A program made the position numbers and the translations under genes. DNA of 64,000 nucleotides, from the NCBI GenBank assembly GCA_046293175.1, contig JBKBPM010000002.1, positions 158,428-222,427 on the forward strand, read 5' to 3'. This DNA comes from Minisyncoccia bacterium (GTDB taxonomy: Bacteria > Patescibacteriota > Minisyncoccia > Phycocordibacterales > UBA918). Below the pieces are notes generated by a model. It had not been told where the DNA came from. It ran no database searches and was given only the letters and a program-made list of their open reading frames with translations. This document shows positions 38,002-48,076 of the stretch, one piece after another. Numbering within the stretch: position 1 is the first letter of the stretch; every line of letters starts with the position of its first letter.

Positions 38002-39126
38002 TTAATCAACCATGACCTCAGAGGCAATGGGGAAGGAGTTGTAGCCACGAGCACGCATACTGGCACAGTAGGCGCCGGTGTCATAGATACGGACCTCGTC
38101 ACCAATGTGAGCAGTTTTAAGTTTCCTTGGGGCAACTGATTCTGAGTCACCTGGTACGGTCGTGAAAATATCACCTGACTCGCAATTGTGTCCGACTACC
38201 ACATATTCCTCGTAGGTTTCTTCATCATTTATCACGGCAATCTTGTGTTGCGCGCCGTACATAGTAGTGCGAAGAAAGTCATTCATACCAGTGTTGAGTT
38301 TGAGGAAGGTGTAGCCGTTTTTACCAGTATCGACGATATCATCAATGGTGGCCACAAGCGTACCAGCATGCGCAATAAAGTAGGTGCCGGGTTCAATTTC
38401 AAGTGCTAACTGGCGTCCGGTGGAGGCGGCAAAAGCTTCGAGTTGTCGTTTGAATTCGGCAGCGATGATAGACATATCGGCTTCTTTTTCTTCGGCAAAG
38501 CGATGGACTTTATACCCACCACCAATATCAAGTGTGGTGACGTCAGGAAAGAGAGTAACTATCTCGAGCGCTCGAGCCATTACTTCACTCCAAACTTTTG
38601 GGTCAGCCCCGGAACCGATGTGGAGATGGAGACGATCAATGGTCCCTCCTGCCGCATCAGTACGTGCGAGGATATCAGGTATGTACTCATACCAGATACC
38701 AAAACTGGCGGACACCCCACCGGTACTCGTGCGAGCATTATGACCCATGCCCAAATCAGGATTAATGCGGACTGCAACGGTATCCGGACGACCTGGCGTA
38801 TCCAGAAAAAGCTCGAGTTGATGAAGTGATGTCGCTACAAACTGGACTTTGGCTGCGAGTAACTCGGGAAGATTGTGTGGCGTTTGCTGGGAAGAGAGTG
38901 AGATATGTGCGCCAGGGATACCAAGTGCGAGGAGCTCGCTTGCTTCATAGCTTGAGCTCGCATCAAAGTGCACACCATTTTTATGCATCAGAGCGATGAT
39001 GTCGGGGAAGGGGTTAGCTTTAACCGCGTACCGAACCGTGAGGCCGTAGGGTAGATCAAGGTTGGTGAGGAGATTAATTCGATCGCTAATGACCTGACGA
39101 CTATACTCGTAACGTGGGGTAGACAT
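38002..39126 (-). CDS. PLP-dependent group IV decarboxylase (diaminopimelate/ornithine decarboxylase-like)
   Basis: 374 aa; YAVKAN PLP-lysine motif, GGG loop, TIM-barrel + beta-sandwich pattern. Confidence 0.7.
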   Translation of the reverse strand: MSTPRYEYSRQVISDRINLLTNLDLPYGLTVRYAVKANPFPDIIALMHKNGVHFDASSSYEASELLALGIPGAHISLSSQQTPHNLPELLAAKVQFVATSLHQLELFLDTPGRPDTVAVRINPDLGMGHNARTSTGGVSASFGIWYEYIPDILARTDAAGGTIDRLHLHIGSGADPKVWSEVMARALEIVTLFPDVTTLDIGGGYKVHRFAEEKEADMSIIAAEFKRQLEAFAASTGRQLALEIEPGTYFIAHAGTLVATIDDIVDTGKNGYTFLKLNTGMNDFLRTTMYGAQHKIAVINDEETYEEYVVVGHNCESGDIFTTVPGDSESVAPRKLKTAHIGDEVRIYDTGAYCASMRARGYNSFPIASEVMVD

Positions 39127-39177
39127 TGTTCAAGTATAGAATAGTAGCAGGTTAGACGCCAGATGGCATTTTTATTG

Positions 39178-39250
39178 GGCGGCTACCGGGAATTGAACCC
39201 GAATTGAGAGTTCCACAAACTCCAGTAATAACCATTATACCATAGCCGCC
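39178..39250 (-). tRNA. tRNA-His (anticodon GTG) with genomically encoded G-1
   Basis: Manual fold: G-1 + acceptor GCGGCTA/TAGCCGC, anticodon loop TTGTGGA, T-arm TCGGGTTCAATTCCCGG. Confidence 0.85.
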
Positions 39251-39466
39251 ATATGTGTCGGCGAGCAATTGGTTGCTCGCGTGACCACTGTTATACCTAT
39301 TTTTTGGGAAAAAGTCGAGCCCTGTGTTGTCATTGGTAGTTAGCGAGATATTTTGTATACTTACGTATACCACTATGGATCAAGAAACCCTCTTAATTGC
39401 TATTTTCTTCACCTTTATGATTGGTGCGGGAATTGGTTTTTACGCCACCAAAGTTATTATTGGCGT

Positions 39467-40597
39467 ATGAGTCGCTGGTTGTTTGGGGTAGTGACTGGTC
39501 TTTCCCTACTTATCGGGGGAGTATCGGTCTCTGCTCAGGAGGTTCACCAGGAACTGCAAGAGACCGTACGAGCCGAGGTCCTTGAGATTGTTGAGCAATA
39601 TGACCGAGATATCCTTGGTACCGGAGCGACGACCACAGTCCAGGAGCTTCGTGCTAAGCTCCTCTCGGGGAGTAAAGAAGGTGAGGTGGTGCGATTTGAA
39701 AACGACCTTATGGTACTTGAGGTGGGGGATAAGATATTCGTCAATCGTCTGATTGCCATTGATGGCGAGGAATACTATACCTTTAAGGATATCGAGCGGC
39801 GACCGCAGCTGTTGATTCTAGCGATTGTGCTTTCCATCCTCGTCGTGGTGTTTGCGCGCTGGCAAGGGCTGCGGGCGCTCCTGAGTCTCGCCCTCAGTGC
39901 GATCGCGATTATCTTCCTTCTTGTACCCGCCCTCCTCGCCGGCTATGATCCGGCGCTCGCAAGCTTTGCGATTGCAGCGGTCATCCTTGCCCTTACGCTC
40001 TTTTTGACCCATGGGTTTGGCATCTATGTGCGGATTGCGTATTTTGGCACTATGGCGGCGGTGGGGGTGACCTGTCTTATTGCTTGGGTGTCAGTCTCGT
40101 GGCTCCACCTCACGGGCTTTAGTGCGGATGCATCGGTGTATCTCAACTTCGCCACGGGCGGACAGCTTGATCTTGCTGGGCTCCTTCTTGGCGGAATTAT
40201 CATTGGGCTCCTGGGGGTTCTCGACGATGTCTCGATTACTCAGGCTTCAGTGGTCCAGGAGCTTCGCCGAGCCAACCCTACCCTCGGTATCCGGTCACTC
40301 TATGAACGAGGGGTACGGGTAGGTCGAGATCACGTTGGGTCGCTTGTTAATACCTTGGCGCTAGCCTATGTTGGTACCACACTCCCGCTTGTACTCCTCT
40401 ACGCCCAATCACAAGCGCCATTTTTGGATATTCTTAATCAGGAAGTAGTAGCCGCCGAGCTTGTGCGTATTATTGTGGGGAGTATTGGCCTTGTTCTGGC
40501 CGTACCATTCACCACTCTGGTCGCTGCTTACTACTTTTCTCGTCACGAAATTGACAACGATTCGTCCCCATCGCACAACCACCACCATTATCATTAG
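39467..40597 (+). CDS. YibE/F-family polytopic membrane protein with His-rich C-terminal tail
   Basis: Start at MSRWLFGVV (signal-like) inside ORF 39353..40597; many TM helices; ends ...SPSHNHHHYH. Confidence 0.6.
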   Translation: MSRWLFGVVTGLSLLIGGVSVSAQEVHQELQETVRAEVLEIVEQYDRDILGTGATTTVQELRAKLLSGSKEGEVVRFENDLMVLEVGDKIFVNRLIAIDGEEYYTFKDIERRPQLLILAIVLSILVVVFARWQGLRALLSLALSAIAIIFLLVPALLAGYDPALASFAIAAVILALTLFLTHGFGIYVRIAYFGTMAAVGVTCLIAWVSVSWLHLTGFSADASVYLNFATGGQLDLAGLLLGGIIIGLLGVLDDVSITQASVVQELRRANPTLGIRSLYERGVRVGRDHVGSLVNTLALAYVGTTLPLVLLYAQSQAPFLDILNQEVVAAELVRIIVGSIGLVLAVPFTTLVAAYYFSRHEIDNDSSPSHNHHHYH

Positions 40598-40651
40598 AAG
40601 CGTATACTATTATTACCTTTATTTAATCAAGGGTAATTTTTAAACAAAATT

Positions 40652-41044
40652 ATGAAAGCATTTTTAGAAGAATTCAAAGCCTTCGCCATGCGAGGGAACG
40701 TTGTTGATTTGGCCGTAGCGGTGATTATTGGTACCGCTTTTGGCAAGATTGTCTCATCACTCGTTGAGAACATCTTTATGCCAATCATTGGCATCTTGGT
40801 CGGTGGGGTGGACTTTACCGGCTGGACATTGACTGTTGGCGAAGCAAATATTACCTACGGCGCGTTTATTCAGAGTGTTTTTGACTTTATCATTGTGGCC
40901 CTCGTCATCTTTATGGTGGTGAAGGCGATGGCTAAAATGAAGAAGACTGCAGAAGAAGCACCAACAAAGCCAGTAGAACCATCAGCTGAGGTAAAGCTGT
41001 TGACCGAAATCCGCGACAGTCTTCGCCACCATCACCACAACTAA
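40652..41044 (+). CDS. mscL: Large-conductance mechanosensitive channel MscL (His-rich C-terminus HHHHN)
   Basis: 130 aa; [24 protein letters not shown]... canonical MscL. Confidence 0.9.
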   Translation: MKAFLEEFKAFAMRGNVVDLAVAVIIGTAFGKIVSSLVENIFMPIIGILVGGVDFTGWTLTVGEANITYGAFIQSVFDFIIVALVIFMVVKAMAKMKKTAEEAPTKPVEPSAEVKLLTEIRDSLRHHHHN

Positions 41045-41521
41045 AGATAAAGATTGTTGTGGCGAGATACAACCCGCAAAACAGCCAAAGCGCGTGACAG
41101 CATAGTCACGTGCTTTTGCTTTCTCTCGCCAAAGTCATAAATCAGTATTCCAATACGTACTGTCCACCAGTTATCCACATTTGGTGGGGTGTGGTGGCGA
41201 ATATAACTATATTTTTCAATCCTATTTCCGAAAAGACTGGTCTTTTTACAAGAAAGCAAAACCACTCTATGATAGAGGTACCGCACGAGTTCTCCAATCG
41301 TGCGTGTCGGAGGTATAGACACGCCACGTGCACGCCAATTTCATGACGTGAACCATGGCCAGCATGTTCTGGTGTGTCTTTATTTCCCTCATTCTTTCCC
41401 AGACCCAATCGGCACGTAGGACACTAGAGTTAGTCGCTTGAGTACTATACGCACCACCACAGATTGTGTTTGGATGAGAAACCAATTATTACCACTGTCG
41501 CCTAACTGTTCTTGTTGTGAT

Positions 41522-42835
41522 ATGGAAATTAAGCAGATAAAAAAGCGTGACGGTTCAATCAAGCCTTTTGATATTGCAAAGATTGAGCACGCCATTCTGA
41601 GGGCTCTCATGGAGACCAATGCCGGTGGAGAAGCAGATGCCAAAAAAGTTGCAACGCTCGTCCATCAAAAAGTAGTATCAATGTGTGTCCAAGCCGGCAC
41701 GGCTGAAGCTGGTGATCCAAAGGCGCAGAAATGTGTTGATGGATACCCAACCGTCGAAGAAATCCAAGACCTGGTTGAGGCGTCACTCATGGAGCTTAAC
41801 TATTTTGATACCGCCAAGGCGTACATCATTTATCGTAATGAGCGGAAGAAGATGCGTGAGCGAGATATTTTCCGCAAACGCCAGCACCTCAAGCCCTACG
41901 AGTACCCAGAACTGTACGAGTATGTTGATGCTATCCGCCACTCCTACTGGGTACACACTGAATTCAACTTTACCGGTGACGTGCAGCACTTCCACGTGAA
42001 CGTCAACGATGCTGAACGAAACGCTATCAAGAACACAATGCTTGCTATCGCGCAGATTGAAGTCGCGGTGAAAAGCTTTTGGGGGGACATATACAAGAAG
42101 ATGCCAAAGCCAGAGATTGGGGCGGTGGGGTCTACTTTTGCGGAATCTGAGATTCGTCACACTGATGCCTATTCACACCTGCTTGAAATTCTTGGTCTCA
42201 ATAATGAGTTTGCCAAGATCAAAGATATTCCTGTGATTAAGCAGCGTATGGACTACCTTGATAAGGTAGCTGAACTCTCACGTACGCAGGAGAACCGTGA
42301 GTACGCACACGCGATCATGCTCTTCTCACTTTTTATAGAACATGTGTCATTGTTCTCACAGTTCCTCATCATGATGTCATTTAACAAGCACAAGAACTTG
42401 TTTAAAGGTATCAGTAATGCGGTCGAGGCAACCAGTAAAGAAGAGAACCTTCACGGCCTCTTTGGTATTGATGTGATCAACATCATTAAAGAAGAACACC
42501 CAGAATGGTTTGATAAGGCGATGCAAGAAGCAATCTTAAAGGCATGTGAAGAAGCGTACGAAGCTGAAAGTCGCGTGGTGGACTGGATTTTCGAAGCGGG
42601 AGAACTCGACTTTTTGCCGTCACAGAACGTGAAGGAATTTATCAAGAATCGTCTCAATAACTCACTTGCGGCTATTGGTATGCCTCGCCACTTTGAAGTA
42701 AGTGAAGCTCTCCTTGAGGAAACTGATTGGTTTGATAATGAAGTCATTGCGACCAAACACGTCGACTTCTTCGATAAGCGTTCAATCAACTACAACAAAC
42801 GCGCTGCCAGTGTCACCAGTGAAGATTTATTCTAG
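41522..42835 (+). CDS. nrdB: Class I ribonucleotide reductase small (beta/R2) subunit with N-terminal ATP-cone domain
   Basis: Start at MEIKQIKKRDGSIKPFDIAKIEHAI (ATP-cone pattern K.RDG....F...KI); remainder is a ferritin-like R2 fold with the metal-ligand E..H pair (AESEIRHTDAYS); the N-terminal 28 codons of the ORF-track call are discarded. Confidence 0.75.
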   Translation: MEIKQIKKRDGSIKPFDIAKIEHAILRALMETNAGGEADAKKVATLVHQKVVSMCVQAGTAEAGDPKAQKCVDGYPTVEEIQDLVEASLMELNYFDTAKAYIIYRNERKKMRERDIFRKRQHLKPYEYPELYEYVDAIRHSYWVHTEFNFTGDVQHFHVNVNDAERNAIKNTMLAIAQIEVAVKSFWGDIYKKMPKPEIGAVGSTFAESEIRHTDAYSHLLEILGLNNEFAKIKDIPVIKQRMDYLDKVAELSRTQENREYAHAIMLFSLFIEHVSLFSQFLIMMSFNKHKNLFKGISNAVEATSKEENLHGLFGIDVINIIKEEHPEWFDKAMQEAILKACEEAYEAESRVVDWIFEAGELDFLPSQNVKEFIKNRLNNSLAAIGMPRHFEVSEALLEETDWFDNEVIATKHVDFFDKRSINYNKRAASVTSEDLF

Positions 42836-42856
42836 TAATGCTGTATTTCTGTCCAT

Positions 42857-44551
42857 ATGTCTATTAACTACCAAGAGCCGTGGTACTGGGTAAATGAAAA
42901 TACCCGAGCCTTCATGTCCCGGGGGTACCTCGTTGACGGTCAGACGACCGAAGAACGAGTTCGTTACATTGGCGAGTACGCCGAAAAAGTATTAAATAAA
43001 CCAGGCTTTGCGAAGAAGTTTGAGGATTATATGAGTCGTGGCTGGATTTCGCTCGCCACACCAGTATGGGCCAACTTTGGTCTTAAGCGTGGTCTACCAA
43101 TCAGTTGTTTTGGCTCGTTTGTGGCAGATGATATGGCGAACATTCTCCATACGCAGGCCGAAGTTGGGATGATGAGTAAGTACGGTGGGGGATGCTCTGC
43201 TTATTTTGGTGATCTTCGTCCACGTGGTAGCGAAATTACCCAGAATGGACACTCATCTGGTCCAGTCCACTTCATGCAGCTGTTTGAAAAGATTCTTGAT
43301 GTGGTGAGTCAAGGAGCAACTCGTCGTGGTGTTTTTGCTGCCTACCTGCCGGTTGAACATCCCGATATTCTTGAGTTTCTCGATATTGGCACCGAAGGGA
43401 ATCCGATTCAAAAAATCAACCATGCAGTGACGGTAACTAATAAGTGGATGGAAGAGATGGTGGCGGGCGATGCTGATAAGCGTGCAATTTGGGCGAAGGT
43501 GATACAGCGCCGCGGTGAAATCGGCTACCCGTACATTATCTTCATTGATAATGCGAACGAAGGGAAGCCAGACGTCTACAAGGACAAGAATCTCCCGATT
43601 TATGCAAGTAATGTCTGTAGTGAGATTATGCTCCCGAGTAACCGTGATTGGTCATTTGTGTGTTGTCTCTCGTCTATTAACATCATGCATTATGATGACT
43701 GGAAGGATACTGATCTCGTCGAAACGATGACCTACTTCCTTGACGCGGTGATGAGTGAGTTTATCTCGAAGCTCGAAGTCATGCGTGATCACGAGGATAA
43801 GGACAAGCGTCTAGCCTTCCGTTTTATGGAACGACCATACAACTTTGCGGTGGCGAACCGTGCGCTGGGACTTGGGGTGCTGGGGTACCACTCATACTTA
43901 CAGTCAAAAGGTCTGCCGTTTGAAAGTGAAGAAGCTAGACGTATCAACAAAGAGATTTTTGCCTTGATGCAAGAGCGGTCACTGAAGGCTTCAGCTGAAA
44001 TGGCTAAAGAGTACGGTGAACCAGAAATCCTTAAGGGTTATGGCCGCCGCCACACAACCACCATGGCGATTGCCCCGACTACCTCATCAGCCTTTATTCT
44101 TGGTCAGGTGTCACAGGGGATTGAACCAATCTGGTCCAACTGCTACATTAAGGACGTGGCGAAGCTCAAGGTGGTTATTAAGAACCCAACACTTGAAACC
44201 TTGCTTGATGAGAAAGGGAAGAACACCAAAGAAGTCTGGGACAGTATTCGTGACAACGATGGTTCGGTGCAACACCTTGATTTTCTCTCTGATGATGAAA
44301 AGGCGGTATTCCGCACCTTTGCCGAGATTGATCAGAGCAAGCTCATTATGCACGCTGGTGAACGGCAAAAGTTTATTGACCAAGGGCAATCACTCAATGT
44401 GATGGTGGCGCCTGATACGCCAGTAAAGGAAATCAACCAGCTCTACCTCCAGGCCTGGAAGCAGGGTTGCAAGGCACTCTACTACCAACACAGTATGAAC
44501 GCCGCACAGCAGTTGACTCGCAAGAAGATTCAGGAACGAGCGCAGAAGTGA
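42857..44551 (+). CDS. nrdA: Ribonucleotide reductase large (alpha) subunit, short form lacking N-terminal ATP-cone
   Basis: 564 aa; conserved catalytic core motifs (CFG...NLC..I pattern: ISCFGSFV, SNVCSEI); paired with ATP-cone NrdB upstream. Confidence 0.85.
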   Translation: MSINYQEPWYWVNENTRAFMSRGYLVDGQTTEERVRYIGEYAEKVLNKPGFAKKFEDYMSRGWISLATPVWANFGLKRGLPISCFGSFVADDMANILHTQAEVGMMSKYGGGCSAYFGDLRPRGSEITQNGHSSGPVHFMQLFEKILDVVSQGATRRGVFAAYLPVEHPDILEFLDIGTEGNPIQKINHAVTVTNKWMEEMVAGDADKRAIWAKVIQRRGEIGYPYIIFIDNANEGKPDVYKDKNLPIYASNVCSEIMLPSNRDWSFVCCLSSINIMHYDDWKDTDLVETMTYFLDAVMSEFISKLEVMRDHEDKDKRLAFRFMERPYNFAVANRALGLGVLGYHSYLQSKGLPFESEEARRINKEIFALMQERSLKASAEMAKEYGEPEILKGYGRRHTTTMAIAPTTSSAFILGQVSQGIEPIWSNCYIKDVAKLKVVIKNPTLETLLDEKGKNTKEVWDSIRDNDGSVQHLDFLSDDEKAVFRTFAEIDQSKLIMHAGERQKFIDQGQSLNVMVAPDTPVKEINQLYLQAWKQGCKALYYQHSMNAAQQLTRKKIQERAQK

Positions 44552-44659
44552 AATGAGCCAAGGAGGCTACAAGCCGACTATGGTGAATTTCCACCTGTGA
44601 GGCTTATCTTTAATGGCCTCATCGACGCACTACCACTTTGTTTATTAAATTGCCAAAGA

Positions 44660-44698
44660 AAAAGCCCGCCGATGTCCGTATCGACGGGCTTTTTTGGT
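44660..44698 (+). terminator. Intrinsic terminator AAAAAGCCCGCCGATGTCCGTATCGACGGGCTTTTTT after nrdA
   Basis: GC stem-loop with flanking A5/T6. Confidence 0.6.
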
Positions 44699-44708
44699 GG
44701 GAGAGTAA

Positions 44709-45029
44709 TCAGTGGGCAAACTGCTCGCAGAGGATGGCGAGCATGTTTTCGGCCGTAAGCGCATCCTTGTCGCGCTTTTGCCAGTCCTTTTCAAGCTGGC
44801 GAAAGGTTTTTGGTCGCTGACAGCCAAGTATCTCGCCGATAGCGAAGAGCAGATTGATCAGATGATCGTTGACCTGTTTCTTGCGTAGACTGAGTTGACC
44901 AAAACGAAGCCTCTGGTCTTCTTTTTCGAGTTTACGAAACTCGGCGACCACCTCGGGGAGGGTGATGCTGCCATCGGTCAGATGGATATTGGCAGCGTGC
45001 ATGAACGGGGAGATGGGAAGATCAGTCAT
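44709..45029 (-). CDS. Hypothetical protein
   Basis: Start taken at MTDLPISPF within ORF 44709..45080; no motif. Confidence 0.4.
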   Translation of the reverse strand: MTDLPISPFMHAANIHLTDGSITLPEVVAEFRKLEKEDQRLRFGQLSLRKKQVNDHLINLLFAIGEILGCQRPKTFRQLEKDWQKRDKDALTAENMLAILCEQFAH

Positions 45030-45595
45030 CAGTCGTCCTTTCTGCCACAACGGGCTTGGTTGATGTTTCCGCACTACCATACAACAGTCCTTTGATTTTG
45101 TATACAGTAGCCGTGGATATGTCCCTTCGGTAACTGCACACCTCGTGTATGATAGAGGGTAAGGAAGCCAAAGCGGTGTTGGGCAGGGACTATGTTTCGC
45201 GACGACATGGTCCCCGCCGAGTACCGCTTTGCTTTATATACATGGGCTGATACACTAAATGGTAGTGTAGTCTCAATTGGCGCAGGGAGGTGTCAATGTT
45301 CCCGTTTTTTCTAAACGTGTCTGGTCTCCTCTTTGGGAGCGCTGAGATAGTACTACGGCCCAACTTTCCTTCGTGTGAGCGGTGGGAAGCGCCACAGGTA
45401 CAAGTCGAGCAAGTGGCTTGCTTGTGCAAAGAAGTAGCAGGTCTAGATTTTTGTGTGGGAAATTTACTTCGCCGTACAAAATTCATCGAGGTGTATCTAA
45501 TCCCGCGAAATGGACAACATCCGCTTCTGTACTTGAAGATGAAGTTGGAAAAACAATGAACGGGGCGACCAACGGTCGCCCCTTCGCCTGCAATT

Positions 45596-45991
45596 TTGTA
45601 TAATATCATCATGGATTCATACCTTGACCAAGTAATACAAAGTCCCTCGCGTGTGCTTGCCACCTATGGTCCGGCTGGACTAAATGTGGTGCCGGTGTCT
45701 GTAGTTACCAAAGAGGGTGACACACTCACCCTCTACGATTTTTTTATGGGGAAGACTGTCGTTAATATCAAAGCTACTGGTGAGGTGGCATTAACCGCTT
45801 GGGATGGACTGTCAGGTATTCAAATCAAGGGTCAGGCTTGTTACGAATCATCAGGGGAATCGTATACTAATGCGGTGACCGTCATGCGCGGGCGGTTTCC
45901 AGAACGAACGCTTCGTGGCCTTATTCGTATTAGTCCAAAGACGGTATTTTTGGTTTCACCTGGTACTGAGGCTGGACAACAATTAGTATAG
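45596..45991 (+). CDS. PNPOx/flavin-reductase-like split-barrel protein (putative FMN-binding)
   Basis: 131 aa; pattern resembles pyridoxamine 5'-phosphate oxidase-like fold; weak. Confidence 0.45.
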   Translation: MYNIIMDSYLDQVIQSPSRVLATYGPAGLNVVPVSVVTKEGDTLTLYDFFMGKTVVNIKATGEVALTAWDGLSGIQIKGQACYESSGESYTNAVTVMRGRFPERTLRGLIRISPKTVFLVSPGTEAGQQLV

Positions 45992-46001
45992 GCATATTGG
46001 T

Positions 46002-46943
46002 ATGCTCAGAACTCTGTCGTTATTATTAATAGTCTCTTTAGCGCTCTACTGGTATGCGGCGGTGGGACAGGTGTGCCAGGCGCCACTCTCGTACCAGATT
46101 GTCGGACCAATCGATGAACGATTTGGTATCACTGAGGCAGAAGCCGCCGAAGCAGTCAAAGAGGCAGAGACGGTCTGGGAAGAAGCGCTCGGGCGAGAGC
46201 TCTTCTATGTGGCAGCGGGAAGTCGCGCTGACGTCACGATTAATTTCGTATTTGGTGAGCGACAAGCTACCGCAATCGCTGAAGCTGACTTTAGGGAGCG
46301 TCTTCTCGACAAACAAATGTCTTCAAGTGATTTGCAGGCAGAGTACGATAAGCTCGTCAGTGCATATCAAGCCGCCCGAAAGGCACACGAAGCTCGGGTA
46401 GGAACCTACGAAGCACGACTAGCCTCATACAATGCAGAGGTTGCTCGCTACAACAATGAGGGCGGAGCACCGCCTGATGTGTATGAACGGTTAGATCAAA
46501 CTGAAGGGGAGTTGGCTAAAGAAGCCGACTCCCTCGAGGCCGAAGCCGCTGTGCTCCAAGAGCAGGCCGCTGAGATCAATAAACTCGGTGAAGCTGGTAA
46601 CCAAATTATTCGCCAGTACAACGCCGGTGTAGAGTCGTACAACGAGCAATTTGGCACCGCTGAAGAGTTTACCGAAGGGGACTACCAAGATGGTCGTATC
46701 AATATCTATACTTTTGCCAATGAGGCAGAATTAGTGAAGGTACTCGCGCATGAACTTGGGCACTCCTTATCAGTGTCTCACGTTGAGGGGAGCAATTCCG
46801 TGATGTATTATTTACTCGAGGATCAACCGACGCCTTTGACCTTATCACCACAAGATACTGCTGCCGTGACAGCTGTCTGTGGAGAGACCGGCAGTGTTGG
46901 GACGAAAGTAAGAACACTTATTAATCGTTATATATTATTATAG
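46002..46943 (+). CDS. Membrane-anchored zinc metallopeptidase (metzincin-type HExxHxxxxxH)
   Basis: 313 aa; N-terminal TM; VLAHELGHSLSVSHVEGSNSVMYY; coiled-coil middle region. Confidence 0.65.
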   Translation: MLRTLSLLLIVSLALYWYAAVGQVCQAPLSYQIVGPIDERFGITEAEAAEAVKEAETVWEEALGRELFYVAAGSRADVTINFVFGERQATAIAEADFRERLLDKQMSSSDLQAEYDKLVSAYQAARKAHEARVGTYEARLASYNAEVARYNNEGGAPPDVYERLDQTEGELAKEADSLEAEAAVLQEQAAEINKLGEAGNQIIRQYNAGVESYNEQFGTAEEFTEGDYQDGRINIYTFANEAELVKVLAHELGHSLSVSHVEGSNSVMYYLLEDQPTPLTLSPQDTAAVTAVCGETGSVGTKVRTLINRYILL

Positions 46944-46945
46944 TT

Positions 46946-47734
46946 ATGAATAGTTTGTTTAGTACTGTGCTCAATCGTACCTTAGCGACACTTGTTCTCG
47001 TTGGGATCGTAGCTGCGCTTGGTAGTTATGCGTACGTAACGCTCAAAAATGCAGGCGGTTGGGTTGGGCCAACAACAATTAATGTGGTTGGTAATGGTGA
47101 AGTAACGGCCGTGCCTGATATTGCAACCTTCTCATTTTCAGTGAAGGCGGAAGGGGCTGATGCAGCCGCCGCTCAGGCCAAGTCAACTGAAGCAATGAAG
47201 GCCGTCAATGATTACTTGAAGGGTGAGGGGGTTGAAGAAAAAGATATCAAAACAACAGGATACAATTTGATGCCAAAGTACACCTACGAAACAAAACCTT
47301 GTGCGATGGGTATGTGGTGTCCACCTGGGGAGCAGAAGCAAGATGGCTTTGAGGTTTACCAAACGGTGACCGTCAAGGTGCGCGATACCGCAAAGGCTGG
47401 CAACCTGCTCACTGGAGTTGGAAGCAAGGGAGCTACTGATATCAGTGGTCTTGGTTTCACCATCGATGATGACGAGAAGTACAAAGCTGATGCTCGCAAG
47501 CTTGCTATTGAAGACGCCAAGGCACAAGCTGAAGCGCTTGCGGAACAGCTCGGTGTCCGTTTGGTTGAGATGACAGGCTACTACGAAGAGTCGCCAATGA
47601 ACCCAATGCCATACTACGGTATGGGTGGTGACATGGCGATGTCTGCCAAGGCAGAGATGGCGCCAGCCGCTGATGTACCAATGGGTGAAAACACTATCAC
47701 CAGTCGCGTCAATTTGACCTACACAATTCGCTAG
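46946..47734 (+). CDS. SIMPL-domain (DUF541) secreted/periplasmic protein
   Basis: 262 aa; N-terminal TM/signal; NVVGNGEVTAVPDIATFSFSV...DYLK pattern typical of SIMPL/26-kDa periplasmic immunogenic protein family. Confidence 0.65.
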   Translation: MNSLFSTVLNRTLATLVLVGIVAALGSYAYVTLKNAGGWVGPTTINVVGNGEVTAVPDIATFSFSVKAEGADAAAAQAKSTEAMKAVNDYLKGEGVEEKDIKTTGYNLMPKYTYETKPCAMGMWCPPGEQKQDGFEVYQTVTVKVRDTAKAGNLLTGVGSKGATDISGLGFTIDDDEKYKADARKLAIEDAKAQAEALAEQLGVRLVEMTGYYEESPMNPMPYYGMGGDMAMSAKAEMAPAADVPMGENTITSRVNLTYTIR

Positions 47735-47750
47735 TTTAATCGATTTAGGC

Positions 47751-47783
47751 AACACAAAAGACCCCGCCGGGGTCTTTTGTTTT
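47751..47783 (+). terminator. Intrinsic terminator AAAAGACCCCGCCGGGGTCTTTTGTTTTG
   Basis: GC hairpin plus U-tract. Confidence 0.6.
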
Positions 47784-47882
47784 GCCTGCGGTTGACACCC
47801 TCATAACGGGGGAGTATAGTAGTACTAAATCGCCCCCGAGGCGTTTTTATTTTGACCACCTATTCGTTAATTAATTACTATT

Positions 47883-48071
47883 ATGGAACGTTTTTCTCGT
47901 TACATTCGCGCTACCATCGCTGAAATGAAGCATGTAAAGTGGCCAACTCGCCATCAGGCTGGGGTGTATACCGTGCTCGTTATTGGTATTTCTGCTATCG
48001 TGATGGTTTTTGTGTCACTCGCAGACTTTGTCTTTACCTCTGGTATCGACTTTATTATTAATCGCTTCTAA
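47883..48071 (+). CDS. secE: Preprotein translocase subunit SecE
   Basis: 62 aa; ..EMKHVKWPTR....T..V.. single TM; position before nusG. Confidence 0.85.
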   Translation: MERFSRYIRATIAEMKHVKWPTRHQAGVYTVLVIGISAIVMVFVSLADFVFTSGIDFIINRF

Positions 48072-48076
48072 ATCGT

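Noticed and set aside
41045-41520. NrdR-box or cobalamin riboswitch upstream of the RNR operon
   Set aside because: Palindromic segments exist (CACAGATTGTGT) but do not match the paired 16-bp NrdR-box layout, and no B12-box consensus is visible. Left as an unexplained leader.
45190-45663. ORF 45190..45663(-) 157 aa
   Set aside because: Arg/Cys/Ser-rich low-complexity translation with no start context. The region is better explained as structured non-coding DNA.
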